Source of the DNA: an uncultured Verrucomicrobiae bacterium
GTDB lineage: Bacteria > Verrucomicrobiota > Verrucomicrobiia > Chthoniobacterales > UBA10450
Assembly: GCA_963815455.1 (NCBI GenBank)
Contig: CAWFGO010000001.1
Coordinates: 1,600,001-1,664,000, forward strand
DNA: 64,000 nucleotides
Reading direction: 5' to 3'
Shown: piece after piece, positions 9,539-19,481 of the stretch
How the letters are laid out: every line of letters starts with the position of its first letter
Position numbering within the stretch: position 1 is the first letter of the stretch
Notes under the pieces: model-generated
Database searches by the model: none
Told to the model about the DNA's origin: nothing
The model's input: only the letters and a program-made list of their open reading frames with translations
Position numbers and translations under genes: made by a program

Positions 9539-10360
9539 ATGAATATCCCTCTGGAAGATAATTTTGCCGATATTCTCGGCAAAGCGCAGCGCGGTCTGGG
9601 GATTGCCGACTCGGAAATTGCGGAGAAAGCGCGGGTCGGTCACCAGAAAGTCCGCGAGTTACGCGAGGGCGAGTTTAATGAACTGGCCGCTCTGCGAGTC
9701 GCGCCGATTTTGGGTCTGGCCGGGCGCGCCCTGGTGGATCTGGCCAAAGGTGAGTGGCAGCCGCCAGAGATCGAGTTGGAAGGGCTCGCCCAATTCAGCA
9801 CGAGTTACGGCGAGATGCTGGTCAATTCGTATCTGGTGTGGGACCCGAACACGATGGAGGCGGCCGCGTTCGATACCGGCGCGGATTGCTCGGGAATGTT
9901 AGAGCTGGCGAAGAAGCGGAAATTGAACGTGAAACTGATCCTGCTCACGCACGCCCATCCGGATCACATCGCCGATTTGAAACGGCTGCGCCAGGAAACG
10001 GGCGCGCCGGTGTTCATTTCCGAGCGTGAAGTGATCCCGGCGGCGGAAGCGATTGAAGAGGGAAAACAATTTCAGCTCGGGAAGATCGACATCGAATCGC
10101 GGCTGACGTGGGGACATTCCCGCGGCGGAATCACTTATGTTGTGAACGGCCTGGCCCGCCCAGTCGCGATCGCAGGCGATTCGATCTTCGCCGGGTCCAT
10201 GGGCGGAGGAAGCGTTTCCTACGAAGCAGCGCTTCAAAATAATCTCGAAAAAATTCTCACCCTGCCGGACGAAACGATTATTTGTCCGGGACACGGACCG
10301 ATGACGACGGTGGGCGAGGAAAAGGAACATAACCCGTTTTTTGCCGGCAAAGCCGGCTAA
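9539..10360 (+). CDS. MBL-fold metallo-hydrolase with N-terminal HTH-like segment
   Basis: THAHPDHI, GHSRGG, GDSIFAGS, PGHGP; the N-terminal ~70 aa look like an XRE helix-turn-helix. Confidence 0.85.
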   Translation: MNIPLEDNFADILGKAQRGLGIADSEIAEKARVGHQKVRELREGEFNELAALRVAPILGLAGRALVDLAKGEWQPPEIELEGLAQFSTSYGEMLVNSYLVWDPNTMEAAAFDTGADCSGMLELAKKRKLNVKLILLTHAHPDHIADLKRLRQETGAPVFISEREVIPAAEAIEEGKQFQLGKIDIESRLTWGHSRGGITYVVNGLARPVAIAGDSIFAGSMGGGSVSYEAALQNNLEKILTLPDETIICPGHGPMTTVGEEKEHNPFFAGKAG

Positions 10361-10797
10361 TGTTTGATGTTAGATTTTAGATGTAAGATTGACGATGTAA
10401 TCCTTGGCGCGTGGATAAACAGGAACTTCAGAGCCGCACCAAGCAGTTTGCGCTTCGGGTGTTCAAACTAGTGGACGCCCTCCCGCGAACTCCCGCTGGG
10501 CGCGCAGTCGCAAGTCAGTTAGTGCGCAGTGCAGCATCTGTTGGCGCAAATTATCGGGCCGCCTGCCGTGCCCGATCTCGCGCAGAATTTGCGGCCAAGC
10601 TTGGAACTGTGCTAGAAGAAGCAGACGAAAGTCTGTACTGGCTCGAACTGATTCGCGACGCGAAGCTGATCCCAGAAGCGAAAATTTCCCTGCTTTTGAA
10701 GGAGGCGGACGAGCTAACCGCAATCGCTGCCGCTGGCAGAAAATCGGCGACGAAAAAGACCAACATCTAACATCCAAACTCTTACATCTTAAATTTT
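10359..10797. repeat. inverted heptamer arrays flanking the four-helix bundle gene
   Basis: Left: gatgtta gatttta gatgtaa. Right: aacatct aacatcc aaactct tacatct, which are reverse-complement units. Confidence 0.75.
10411..10770 (+). CDS. four-helix bundle protein (23S rRNA IVP/Avd-like family)
   Basis: RTKQFALRV, QLVRSAASVGANYRAACRARSRAEF, EEADESLYWLEL, EADEL. Confidence 0.9.
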   Translation: MDKQELQSRTKQFALRVFKLVDALPRTPAGRAVASQLVRSAASVGANYRAACRARSRAEFAAKLGTVLEEADESLYWLELIRDAKLIPEAKISLLLKEADELTAIAAAGRKSATKKTNI

Positions 10798-10799
10798 TC

Positions 10800-11675
10800 A
10801 TGAACATTGGATTTGTCGGCGTTGGGAGAATGGGCGCGAACATGGCGCGTCGATTGAAAGATCGACAATTTCGCGTCACGGCCGTTTATGACTCGAATCG
10901 CAAGGCGGCGACGGATTTGGCAGGAGAACTCGGGTGCGCGGCGGCTCAGGATTTGTCTGAAGTTACGGCGGAGTCGGACGTGATCATCACCGTTGTGACC
11001 GACGACAGCGCGATGCGACAGATTTTTTCAGGAGCAGGGGACAACTTGCTGGTAAATGCGCGCGGGAAATTGTTCATCAACTGCGCGACGATTTCGCCGC
11101 AGGTTCATGTCGATGTTGAGAAGCTTGCAGCGAAAGAGGGCGCGTTAACTCTGGAGGGTTGCATGGCTTCGAGCATTCCCCAAGCGCGGGAAGGCAAACT
11201 CTATTTGATGTGCGGCGGAAGCGAAGAGGCAGTCCGCAAAGCGGAACCGGTTTTGAAAGAGCTTGCATCGACAGTGCGGTTCGTTGGCAAGGCGGGTGAG
11301 GCGGCCAAGGTCAAGGCGCTTGTGAACATGGTGATGAACATTAACACCGCAGGGCTCGCCGAAGGACTCGGGCTGGGTGCGGCGCTCGGCCTCGATCTAA
11401 AAATGCTGCGTGAGATTTTTGCGCAGACCGGAGCGAACTCGCGCGTGCTCGAAACTGATGGTGAGGACATGCAAAATCGCGATCACAGTTGTTTCTTCTC
11501 CGCGGCGCATGCCGCCAAGGACAGCGGCATCGCGCTCGAGCTGGCCCGCAGCCTCGGTCTCGATCTGCCGCTCGCCCGCGCGACGAAAGATCAATACGAC
11601 CGCATGATCGCGGAAGGTTTAGGCGAACTCGACAAATCAGGAATTGCCGAGCTGACCTTCAAGGATCGGCATTAA
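10800..11675 (+). CDS. 3-hydroxyisobutyrate dehydrogenase family NAD(P)-dependent oxidoreductase
   Basis: IGFVGVGRMGANMA, INCATISP, LMCGG, KVKALVN, AAKD. Confidence 0.88.
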   Translation: MNIGFVGVGRMGANMARRLKDRQFRVTAVYDSNRKAATDLAGELGCAAAQDLSEVTAESDVIITVVTDDSAMRQIFSGAGDNLLVNARGKLFINCATISPQVHVDVEKLAAKEGALTLEGCMASSIPQAREGKLYLMCGGSEEAVRKAEPVLKELASTVRFVGKAGEAAKVKALVNMVMNINTAGLAEGLGLGAALGLDLKMLREIFAQTGANSRVLETDGEDMQNRDHSCFFSAAHAAKDSGIALELARSLGLDLPLARATKDQYDRMIAEGLGELDKSGIAELTFKDRH

Positions 11676-11723
11676 CAGAACGGTCGCCGGGCTTGAAACC
11701 CAGCCGGCGGCGATTTTCCAGGG

Positions 11724-12470
11724 CTAAAACTTGAAGTTGAGGCCTGCCTGGACCAGGTCGCGGTCACCGACATCGGCGCTGAAGGATCTGTCGACGCCCG
11801 ATCCGCCACCGGTTGTCTCTTTGCCGGTTACATCCTCGGAACCGAAGAACAAGTGATTGTATTCGAGTTTTACCGACCAATGGCAGGTGAACGCGTACTC
11901 CAAACCACCGCCGACTAATCCGGCGGTTCGATCCTCATTGGCATTGAACCGCTCCGAGCCGCCCACTTCCTCGGTGTGATAATCGAACTCGGTAAACGCG
12001 GCGCCCCCTCGCGCGTAGGCGAGCAACCGATTGTTCCAGAAACTTATGCCGACACGCCCGGCAACAGTCGCCATCCAATCGCTGTCGACGTGCCCCCGGC
12101 TGTGCTCACCACCGGCAAAAATATCGGCGCCGTCACTGAAGTCGCCTCCCGAGAATGTGCCCTCAACCCCGATGACAAACCAGGGGCCGAGCTGCAGATT
12201 CGCGCCGACCTGACCGCCGCCGAAAAATCCTTCCGGATCGAATTCATAGGCCGGATCGGTTTCATCCAGTTCACGAAAACTGAGATCGCCCCAGGAATAA
12301 CCGCCGTGACCGCCGAAGTAAAAGCCGGTCCAGCGACATAGCGGCTGCTCGACGATCGGTTGCGGTGCAGCCTTGTAATCTTTTGTTTCCAGCGGTTCCG
12401 GTCCGGCTACGAGGCGATCGGCCGCGACCAAAGCAATGGCTAATGCGAGCCAAATGGTGAGGTGTTTCAT
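11724..12470 (-). CDS. outer-membrane beta-barrel protein (Omp25-like)
   Basis: Signal peptide, WTGFYFGGHGGY, GGGLEYA, WSVKLEY, terminal GLNFKF. Confidence 0.85.
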   Translation of the reverse strand: MKHLTIWLALAIALVAADRLVAGPEPLETKDYKAAPQPIVEQPLCRWTGFYFGGHGGYSWGDLSFRELDETDPAYEFDPEGFFGGGQVGANLQLGPWFVIGVEGTFSGGDFSDGADIFAGGEHSRGHVDSDWMATVAGRVGISFWNNRLLAYARGGAAFTEFDYHTEEVGGSERFNANEDRTAGLVGGGLEYAFTCHWSVKLEYNHLFFGSEDVTGKETTGGGSGVDRSFSADVGDRDLVQAGLNFKF

Positions 12471-12586
12471 GGGACGCCAGTTATGGCAGCTCGCCGGGCT
12501 TGTGTCAACCCCGGCTGCCGATGGCGTGCCCGGGTGATTTCATGCCGATGCGGAGATCGTCTGCGTGTGATAACTTTCCTGGCTAA

Positions 12587-14395
12587 ATGAAAACGGTCTG
12601 GCGCGTCTTTACTTATCTAAAGCGGTATCCCTGGCTCGCGGCCGGGACTTTGGCTTGCGCGATTGCCGGCACGCTGATGGTGATCGTGTTTCCGGCGGTC
12701 ACAAAACGGATTGTGGATGAGGTTGTCTACCAGCGACACGAGGAACGACTCATGCCGCTGGTTTGGTTGGCCGCGCTCGCATTTTTTCTGCAACACGGGT
12801 TGAACGCGTTGCGCATCGTGCTGAACAATACTTTCGAGCAAAAAGTAATCTTTGATCTGCGGAGCGATCTCTACTCCCACATTCAAATGCTTCCGCTGCG
12901 CTGGTTCGATAACCGGGCCACGGGCGATCTGATGACGCGCGTAATCGAGGACGTGAACTCGGTCGAGCGGGTACTGATCGACGGAATCGAGCAGGGCGTC
13001 GTGGCTGTCCTACAAGTGGTGGTCGTGCTGGGAGTGATGTTTTACGTGAGTTGGACTCTCGCCCTGCTGGCGCTGGCGCCGCTGCCGATTCTCGTCGGTG
13101 GCGCGCTGTGGTACACATTGACGGCGCATCGTCGTTACCGGCTGCAACGCCAGGCCTCGTCGGCTATGAATTCGCTTTTGCACGACAATCTTTCCGGCAT
13201 TCGCCAGATCAAGAGTTTCGTGCGCGAGAAAGAAGAGCACGCCCGTTTCAATCGAATGAGCGACAAACTGCGGCACGCCACGCTGGTGGTGATGCGGGTT
13301 TGGGCGGTTTATCACCCGTCCATGTATCTTGCCGGATCGTTAGGCATTGTGCTGATCGTCGCGGTTGGCGCGAAGACCGTGCTCAGCGGGGGAATGCAGC
13401 TGGGCGAGCTTGTAGCCTTTCTCATGTTGACCGGATTCTTATACGAGCCGATTGGAAAATTGCATCAGCTTAATCAACTGGTGCAGGCGGGCCGGGCCGC
13501 GGGCGAGCGCGTATTCGAAATTATCGACACCCCAATTGAGCCCGGCTGGGCAGATGGAGAGCGTTCAGTGACGCGGATTGTGGGGGATATTCGGTACGAA
13601 AACGTCAGCTTTAGTTATGCCGAGGGACTGACCGCTCTCCACCGAGTTTCCCTGCACGCCCGCCCAGGCGAGACCATCGCATTGGTCGGCGCGACCGGCG
13701 CCGGGAAATCGACTCTGGTAAACATGCTGATGCGCTTTTATGAGTTTACCAGCGGCCAAATCTACATCGACGGAAAACCGCTGCGGGAATACGGCCTGCG
13801 AGCTCTGCGCGAATCCATCGGAGTGGTGACGCAGGAAAGTTTTCTGTTTAACGGGTCGATCCGGGAAAATGTGTTGATGGGAAGACCGGGAGCGAGCGAG
13901 GTCGATTTGTGGCGCGCGATCGATACGGCCAATGCCCGTGAGTTCATCGAGCGTTTACCTCAAGGATTGGAGAGTGTCGTGGGCGAACGCGGCGTAAAGC
14001 TGAGCGTCGGAGAAAAGCAGCGGCTTTCTATTGCCCGGGCTCTTCTGAAAGATCCGCCCATTCTCATTCTGGATGAAGCAACCGCGAGCGTGGACACGGC
14101 GACGGAGCGTCTCATCCAGGGCGCTTTGGAAAATCTGATCTCCAACCGGACGTCGATCGTGATTGCGCATCGCCTATCAACCATTGTGCACGCGGACCAA
14201 ATCCTCGTGCTCGATCACGGGCGCATCATCGAGCGGGGTAAACACGAGGAATTGATCGCGGCCGGTGGAAAATATGCGCAGTTATGCCGGCAAAGTTTGC
14301 TCGAGACATCCCCGCAGCGGGAAGATATTTCGGCAAATTATCCGGAGGAGAAAACGGAAATCGAAATTGCGGCCGATAATAGTCCGGCGTTTTAG
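12587..14395 (+). CDS. ABC exporter, fused permease/ATPase (MsbA-like)
   Basis: TM domain, then GATGAGKST, LSVGEKQR, ILDEATAS, IAHRLST. Confidence 0.93.
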   Translation: MKTVWRVFTYLKRYPWLAAGTLACAIAGTLMVIVFPAVTKRIVDEVVYQRHEERLMPLVWLAALAFFLQHGLNALRIVLNNTFEQKVIFDLRSDLYSHIQMLPLRWFDNRATGDLMTRVIEDVNSVERVLIDGIEQGVVAVLQVVVVLGVMFYVSWTLALLALAPLPILVGGALWYTLTAHRRYRLQRQASSAMNSLLHDNLSGIRQIKSFVREKEEHARFNRMSDKLRHATLVVMRVWAVYHPSMYLAGSLGIVLIVAVGAKTVLSGGMQLGELVAFLMLTGFLYEPIGKLHQLNQLVQAGRAAGERVFEIIDTPIEPGWADGERSVTRIVGDIRYENVSFSYAEGLTALHRVSLHARPGETIALVGATGAGKSTLVNMLMRFYEFTSGQIYIDGKPLREYGLRALRESIGVVTQESFLFNGSIRENVLMGRPGASEVDLWRAIDTANAREFIERLPQGLESVVGERGVKLSVGEKQRLSIARALLKDPPILILDEATASVDTATERLIQGALENLISNRTSIVIAHRLSTIVHADQILVLDHGRIIERGKHEELIAAGGKYAQLCRQSLLETSPQREDISANYPEEKTEIEIAADNSPAF

Positions 14396-14406
14396 TGTTG
14401 CTTGTT

Positions 14407-14764
14407 GAGATTCCTCGCCGCGCTCGGGCTGACAGGGAAAGCGGGCGTACCGGCGAAAGCTTGTCATCCTGAGCGGAGCGAAGGATCTCACGAGACAGGG
14501 ACAACGCTCGCGGGCAATAAAGCGATCACGACGCAGTGTTGCTCGATCGGGTTTAATGCGACTGGGAGGTCCCTCGCTGGCCTCGGGATGACAGGGAAAG
14601 CGAACGCGCCTGCGAAGAGCGAGATCACATGCTTGTCATCCTGAGTGAAACGAAGGATCCCGCGAGCGGGGACAACGCTCGCGGGCAACAAAGCGATCAC
14701 GACTCAGTTTTGCTTGATCCGATTTCCCGCGTGGGTGGGGTCCTTCGCTTCGCTCAGGATGACA
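14407..14764. repeat. cluster of five alternating REP-like palindromes (TGTCATCCTGAG..GAAGGATC family)
   Basis: Units at about 14407, 14462, 14566, 14634 and 14737 in alternating orientation; an internal ~35-bp linker is duplicated at 14498 and 14668. Confidence 0.85.
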
Positions 14765-14851
14765 TGCTTCGGGCGCATTTTGAGATTACTAACTCCTCGT
14801 TCATCCCGGGTGTCGTGGTGCAATGGACAAGGCGCGCCTCCGGCGCTTCAA

Positions 14852-15541
14852 CTAGATGACCCGCCATTTTTTGCTACGCGTTCGCGGGTCGATGTCCCAA
14901 AGACGCACGCCGCCTCGAAAGGCGTTGCGATTGTCGCCGCTCTCGATGCCTTCAGGCAGTTTTTTGAAAAATCGCGCATTCCCTCCGCCGAGAACGACGT
15001 AATCGGCAATGAACGAGCGTTTCAATTGGCCGATGGCGTAAAGAACTTCGCGCATCCACTTTTTCCGGCCGAGAAGTTCCAGCCCGGGTTGGCCGAGCCA
15101 TTCTTCAATGATGTCGCCCCCCCGATACGGCAGATCGCCCAGCTCCAGTGGAAACAAAGTTTTTTCCCACACCAGGGCCGATCCGAGCCCGGTCCCGAGC
15201 CCGAGAAAAAGCATTCGTTTGCCGTGATAACTCCCCAGCGCTTGCATGGCCGCGTCGTTAACTACGTGGACCGGTTTGCCCAGCGCTTTGGAAAAGTCGA
15301 AGCCGATCCAGCCTTTGCCCAGATGTTTCGGATCCTTGATTACACGGCCATGGCGTACCGGGGAGGGAAACCCAATCGAGATGGCATTGAAATTCCAACC
15401 GCGCACCGCTTCCTTGAACTTCGGGACCATCATTTTGGGCGTCATTCGCGGCCCGGAAGGAAATTTCCGTTGATCGCGTGTCGACATGAGAAGTTTCACA
15501 TTCGTGCCGCCGATATCGACGACGAGAACTCTCTTCTTCAT
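14852..15541 (-). CDS. ROK family sugar kinase (polyphosphate glucokinase-like)
   Basis: VVDIGGTNVK, IGFP, VVNDAAMQALG, LGLGTGLGS, ELG, VLGGG. Confidence 0.88.
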   Translation of the reverse strand: MKKRVLVVDIGGTNVKLLMSTRDQRKFPSGPRMTPKMMVPKFKEAVRGWNFNAISIGFPSPVRHGRVIKDPKHLGKGWIGFDFSKALGKPVHVVNDAAMQALGSYHGKRMLFLGLGTGLGSALVWEKTLFPLELGDLPYRGGDIIEEWLGQPGLELLGRKKWMREVLYAIGQLKRSFIADYVVLGGGNARFFKKLPEGIESGDNRNAFRGGVRLWDIDPRTRSKKWRVI

Positions 15542-15564
15542 GGGCGGTCAGCTCCTGCGAGCGC

Positions 15565-17697
15565 CTACTCTCCGGCTCCGATTGAACGCGTGATACGCTG
15601 AAAAATTCCTTTGCTCTCCGGCTTCGGCGCAGCACTTGGTGGCCAGCATTCTACGATCTCGAGCGCGAGAAACCGGAACAGCGTGAGCCGGGCGAATTTC
15701 AAATCGAGCCGCAAATTCTTGGCGATTTGCGCGATGGATCGCGCCCCGTTGAACTGGGAGGCGAACTGCGCTTCCGCCACAGTGAGCTTCAGATTTTGAA
15801 CGCGGTCGAAACCGTCCTTGGTGTAAGCCGGAATCGAGGCCGGATCGTAATTGGCTTGCGCGCCGAGGTCGTGAAATTGAATGAAACGCAAACATCCCAG
15901 CGCCCAATGATCGACATCGGGTTCGGCTGGGACATCGCCGGCATAAGCGGGCAGGCCTGCGGCCTGCTCGAACATGAAACGCGCTCGCCCGGCCGTCCAA
16001 AGCTGGGCGAAAAGTTTTTGACCGTAATGCTGAACCAACTGGACCGCCGGATCGCGCAAAAGTAATCCTTCCCGCGCCAGAGTCAGGAAAAGCGGGCACG
16101 CTGTTTCAGTTTGCTCCGCCCGCGCTGCCGCAATTCTTTCGGGATCGACATTGGCCAGAGTGATCGGCGCCTCCGAACAATAAAGCTCGGGGTCGTGCGT
16201 GGTCGCCAGAACGATTTGACCGTTGTGCGTGAGAAGCTCGACTGGCGTTGCCTGCCAAAACGCGCGGAAAAATCCAGTCAGCCTTTGCTTGGCGATCGTC
16301 TGGAAAGCCCAGTTGATGGAAAAGAATGTCGTGTCGCCGCAAAAATACGCGCCGCCAGTGACGGACTCATCCGGAGGATCGACATCGGCGCGCGGGGAAG
16401 ACATGGGAGCAGCAGCTGCAGTTTGCGGTTGCGACCAATCCGGGGCCTCGGGTGGCGGGCTCCACCATTCCTCGGCTTGGGCCGGTTCGGGTGCAGGTTG
16501 CTCCTCGGGAATCGGCTCCTGCTCGGCCTGATCGGGCACTTCGTTCGGTTCTGGCCCCGCTTCAGGTTCTGTTGATTCCGGCTCGCCAGGTGATTTCGGC
16601 ATATGGGTCTCCACGGTTTTGATAAGCAAATCCGAAGTGAAGGGTTTATTCAAGAACCCAATCACATTGGCATTCGACTCCCGGTCGGGGATCAAATCCG
16701 CTCCAAAGCCGGACATATAGATCACGGGAATGTCGGCCGTCTTCCGATCCTCCAGCAATTTGCGGCTTACTTCGTCGCCTTTCATGTCGGGCAGGACGTA
16801 ATCGAGGAGAATCAAATCCGGCTCGTCGCTCTTGGCCGAACGCAAACCGTCGGCGGCGGTCGGCGCGATCGCTACTTTAAAGCTCGCCTCGGCCAGGACT
16901 TCCTCCACGAAACGCAGCAGCATCGGGCTGTCGTCAATGACCAGGATCTTGCGGGTCGAGGATCGTTTGGCCCGAAAACGGGGCGCCGGCCCGGCGGCTT
17001 TCGATTCGTCCGACTCGCGCACCGCGTCCATGAGCAAGAGCTGCCAATCCTGGTTGATGGTGCGCGGCGCGGCGCCCGCATCCGGGACTTCGGAAATTGT
17101 TCCGCCCTGCCAGGTCACGATTTCATTAAACGCAACAAGTCCCTGCTTGCCGGGCGTCGTTGCATGCCGCACCTGGCCCTTCTCGAAATACACCCGGGCT
17201 TTTTCCCCTCCCGGCCCGGTAAACTCCAGCACCGAGCTTCTGCCCGACATGCATTTTAGCTGGATAATGTCGGCAATGTGGAGATCGCTCAGCGTGCCGT
17301 GAAACTGTTCCGTCTCGGTTTCCGCGGGCCGAAGCAGCGCATCAACCACCTCGACGAAGTCCTCTCGCGAGAACGGCTTTTCCAGAAAGTGGATCGCGCC
17401 GAGCCCGGCGACCTGCTCACGCTGCCCCGGCACATGGGCTTCGGTAAGAATAATGGCGCGCGCGTTCGGATGACTGGTGCGCAAATCATAAAGAAAATCC
17501 GGCCCCAGATCGGGCGCGGCATCGAGATCCAGGACGAATAAATCGGGCTTCCCTCGCAGGGCCAGTTGTTGCGCTTCCTCGAGATTGCGCGCCACATCCA
17601 TCAGCGCGCCAGGCGCAATCTCCGCTAATGCGCTCGAAACCTCCGCCGCCAGAGGGCCCGCTGGTCGCAGGAGCAAAATTCGTTTCTTTACTTTCAC
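15565..17697 (-). CDS. multi-domain response regulator (REC - DUF4388-like - REC - Pro linker - DUF4388-like)
   Basis: PDLFVLD..FLEKPF; GTLSDLHIADIIQL..VYFEKGQVRHA; ILVIDDS..PDLILLDYVLPDMKG..KPF. Confidence 0.8.
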   Translation of the reverse strand: MKVKKRILLLRPAGPLAAEVSSALAEIAPGALMDVARNLEEAQQLALRGKPDLFVLDLDAAPDLGPDFLYDLRTSHPNARAIILTEAHVPGQREQVAGLGAIHFLEKPFSREDFVEVVDALLRPAETETEQFHGTLSDLHIADIIQLKCMSGRSSVLEFTGPGGEKARVYFEKGQVRHATTPGKQGLVAFNEIVTWQGGTISEVPDAGAAPRTINQDWQLLLMDAVRESDESKAAGPAPRFRAKRSSTRKILVIDDSPMLLRFVEEVLAEASFKVAIAPTAADGLRSAKSDEPDLILLDYVLPDMKGDEVSRKLLEDRKTADIPVIYMSGFGADLIPDRESNANVIGFLNKPFTSDLLIKTVETHMPKSPGEPESTEPEAGPEPNEVPDQAEQEPIPEEQPAPEPAQAEEWWSPPPEAPDWSQPQTAAAAPMSSPRADVDPPDESVTGGAYFCGDTTFFSINWAFQTIAKQRLTGFFRAFWQATPVELLTHNGQIVLATTHDPELYCSEAPITLANVDPERIAAARAEQTETACPLFLTLAREGLLLRDPAVQLVQHYGQKLFAQLWTAGRARFMFEQAAGLPAYAGDVPAEPDVDHWALGCLRFIQFHDLGAQANYDPASIPAYTKDGFDRVQNLKLTVAEAQFASQFNGARSIAQIAKNLRLDLKFARLTLFRFLALEIVECWPPSAAPKPESKGIFQRITRSIGAGE

Positions 17698-17742
17698 CGT
17701 AGTTATTTAGAGATGCCTGCTTCTTAACAAATGCAAACATTT

Positions 17743-19146
17743 TTAACTTCTCTTGGTAGCATATAGCCGGCCCAGGTCGCGCCGGCTGATTTTTCCCCGT
17801 TCATTCACCGGGATCGCGTCCACAACAAAAATACGTTTTGGCACCTGCCAACTGCTCAGCGCGCCGCGGCACGATTCCAGGAGATCGCTTTCACGAAGAT
17901 CGACATCGGTCACTACACAGGCCGCCACCTCCTGGTTGCGCAATGCCGATTCGCGGCCGAACACGACCGCCTGCCGCACACCGGCGACCTGCAACAAATG
18001 GGCCTCGACCTCAGCCGGACTCACTTTCTTGCCCGCGACGTTAATTACATCCGATATTCGCCCAACGATTCGGAATCCGGCACCGCTTTTCGTGAGCAGA
18101 TCGTCAGGAACAAAAACTCCGCGGCTCAATTTCTCTTCATCCGGTTCCGGGAAATAGCCGTCGCCAATCGCCGCGCCCAGCACCCGCACCTGGCTCGACG
18201 GCGCCGCCGGATCGATCATTTCAACATCGACATCTTTCATCGGCCGCCCGACAAAGCCTTCGATCCCGCTACTGCCGTCGCGATCGTAACAAATCCCGCC
18301 ACATTCAGACGCGCCGTAGAATGAATGGATCGGCCGCCCGAATTTTTCACGAAATCTTTTTGCAACTGAAAGAGGCAGCGGCGCGCCGGCCGAAATGCAA
18401 AGCCGCAGGTTGGGCAGCGGTGGAACAGTTTCCATATCGCAAAACGCCTGATAAAAGACCGGCATCCCGGGAAAGACGGTCGCATTGGTGCGGGCCAGAT
18501 CGGCCAGGACCGCGCGAGGCGTCCGGTCATTGCTCAAAACCATGGGAACCCCGCGCGCGATGAGCGGCGTGAGCAAATTGCTAAATCCGTAGGAGTGCGA
18601 AATGGGAATGACGCCGAAATTAAGATCGACATCGGCGATTTCCATCGTGTCGCAGATCTGGTTGCAATCGGCCAGCAATTGCCCGCTTCGAAAACGGATC
18701 GCGCGGGGCGCGGCGGTGGTTCCTGAGGTTAGCTTCAACAAGCTCGGCGGGTTGTTATCCCAGACGGCTGTAGCGTCGGCTGTCCCCAGCCGAAAAACCT
18801 CAGGATTTCCGCTGGGGACAGCGGACACTACAGCGGCTGCTCGGCAAACTTCCAGCGCGGCGTCGCGTTGCTGTTCGCTGATCGATCGTTCGAGCGGAAG
18901 AATCGTCAATTGCTGGCGCAGGCAGGCGATCAAGATCGACGGCCAATCTTCGTGATTGCCGATTTGGACGGCAATGACCTCGCCGGGGCGGAACATGTCG
19001 ATCTTCGCGGCAAAACTCTGCGCGCCTTCCTCGATGCCGCCAAATGTTCGCAGCATGTCGCCATTGGCCGCGAAAATCGCCGGAGCATCACCCTTTCGCG
19101 CGAGCGTTTCGTCCCACCTGGCCAGCAATGGATCCCCCGATTTCAT
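17743..19146 (-). CDS. class I adenylate-forming enzyme (acyl-CoA synthetase family)
   Basis: [43 protein letters not shown]. Confidence 0.9.
   Translation of the reverse strand: MKSGDPLLARWDETLARKGDAPAIFAANGDMLRTFGGIEEGAQSFAAKIDMFRPGEVIAVQIGNHEDWPSILIACLRQQLTILPLERSISEQQRDAALEVCRAAAVVSAVPSGNPEVFRLGTADATAVWDNNPPSLLKLTSGTTAAPRAIRFRSGQLLADCNQICDTMEIADVDLNFGVIPISHSYGFSNLLTPLIARGVPMVLSNDRTPRAVLADLARTNATVFPGMPVFYQAFCDMETVPPLPNLRLCISAGAPLPLSVAKRFREKFGRPIHSFYGASECGGICYDRDGSSGIEGFVGRPMKDVDVEMIDPAAPSSQVRVLGAAIGDGYFPEPDEEKLSRGVFVPDDLLTKSGAGFRIVGRISDVINVAGKKVSPAEVEAHLLQVAGVRQAVVFGRESALRNQEVAACVVTDVDLRESDLLESCRGALSSWQVPKRIFVVDAIPVNERGKISRRDLGRLYATKRS
18767..18834. repeat. GTAG-type REP-like palindrome within the adenylate-forming enzyme gene
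   Basis: gctgtag..gctgtccccagc...gctggggacagc..ctacagc nested inverted repeats; reading frame stays open. Confidence 0.7.
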
Positions 19147-19196
19147 CGCTTGCACCGACGGGCAGACGTGATTACATTTCGCGCTCCTTTTCGAAG

Positions 19197-19424
19197 ATGA
19201 AAGCAGGCATCCATCCAGAGTATTTCGAGACCGATATCGCGTGCGCGTGCGGGGCAGTGTATCACACCCGCTCGACCCAACGGGATATTAAGATCGGTAT
19301 TTGCGCCGCTTGTCATCCGTTTTTCACCGGTGAACAGAAATTCGTCGATACCGCAGGCCGGGTGGAGAAATTCGCCAAACGCTACGGCACCACCAAGGCC
19401 GTCCGCACCCCGAAAAAGGCTTAG
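19197..19424 (+). CDS. rpmE: 50S ribosomal protein L31 (Zn-binding type)
   Basis: [37 protein letters not shown]. Confidence 0.97.
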   Translation: MKAGIHPEYFETDIACACGAVYHTRSTQRDIKIGICAACHPFFTGEQKFVDTAGRVEKFAKRYGTTKAVRTPKKA

Positions 19425-19440
19425 CTGATTCACTTTTCGA

Positions 19441-19480
19441 GACGCTGACCCCGAAAGCATTCGGGGTCGGCGTTTTTGTT
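19441..19480 (+). terminator. hairpin with U-tract between rpmE and prfA
   Basis: gacgctgaccccgaa-agca-ttcggggtcggcgtt followed by T-rich run. Confidence 0.55.
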
Positions 19481-19481
19481 T

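Noticed and set aside
10411..10770. Diversity-generating retroelement (Avd-like gene)
   Set aside because: No reverse transcriptase and no template/variable repeat pair in the window.
14407..14764. Possible CRISPR array
   Set aside because: Units alternate in orientation, are degenerate, the linkers are duplicated rather than unique, and no cas genes are present.
14645..15601. 318-aa plus-strand ORF and other long antisense ORFs
   Set aside because: Antisense to well-supported genes, which is expected in GC-rich DNA, and no recognisable motifs.
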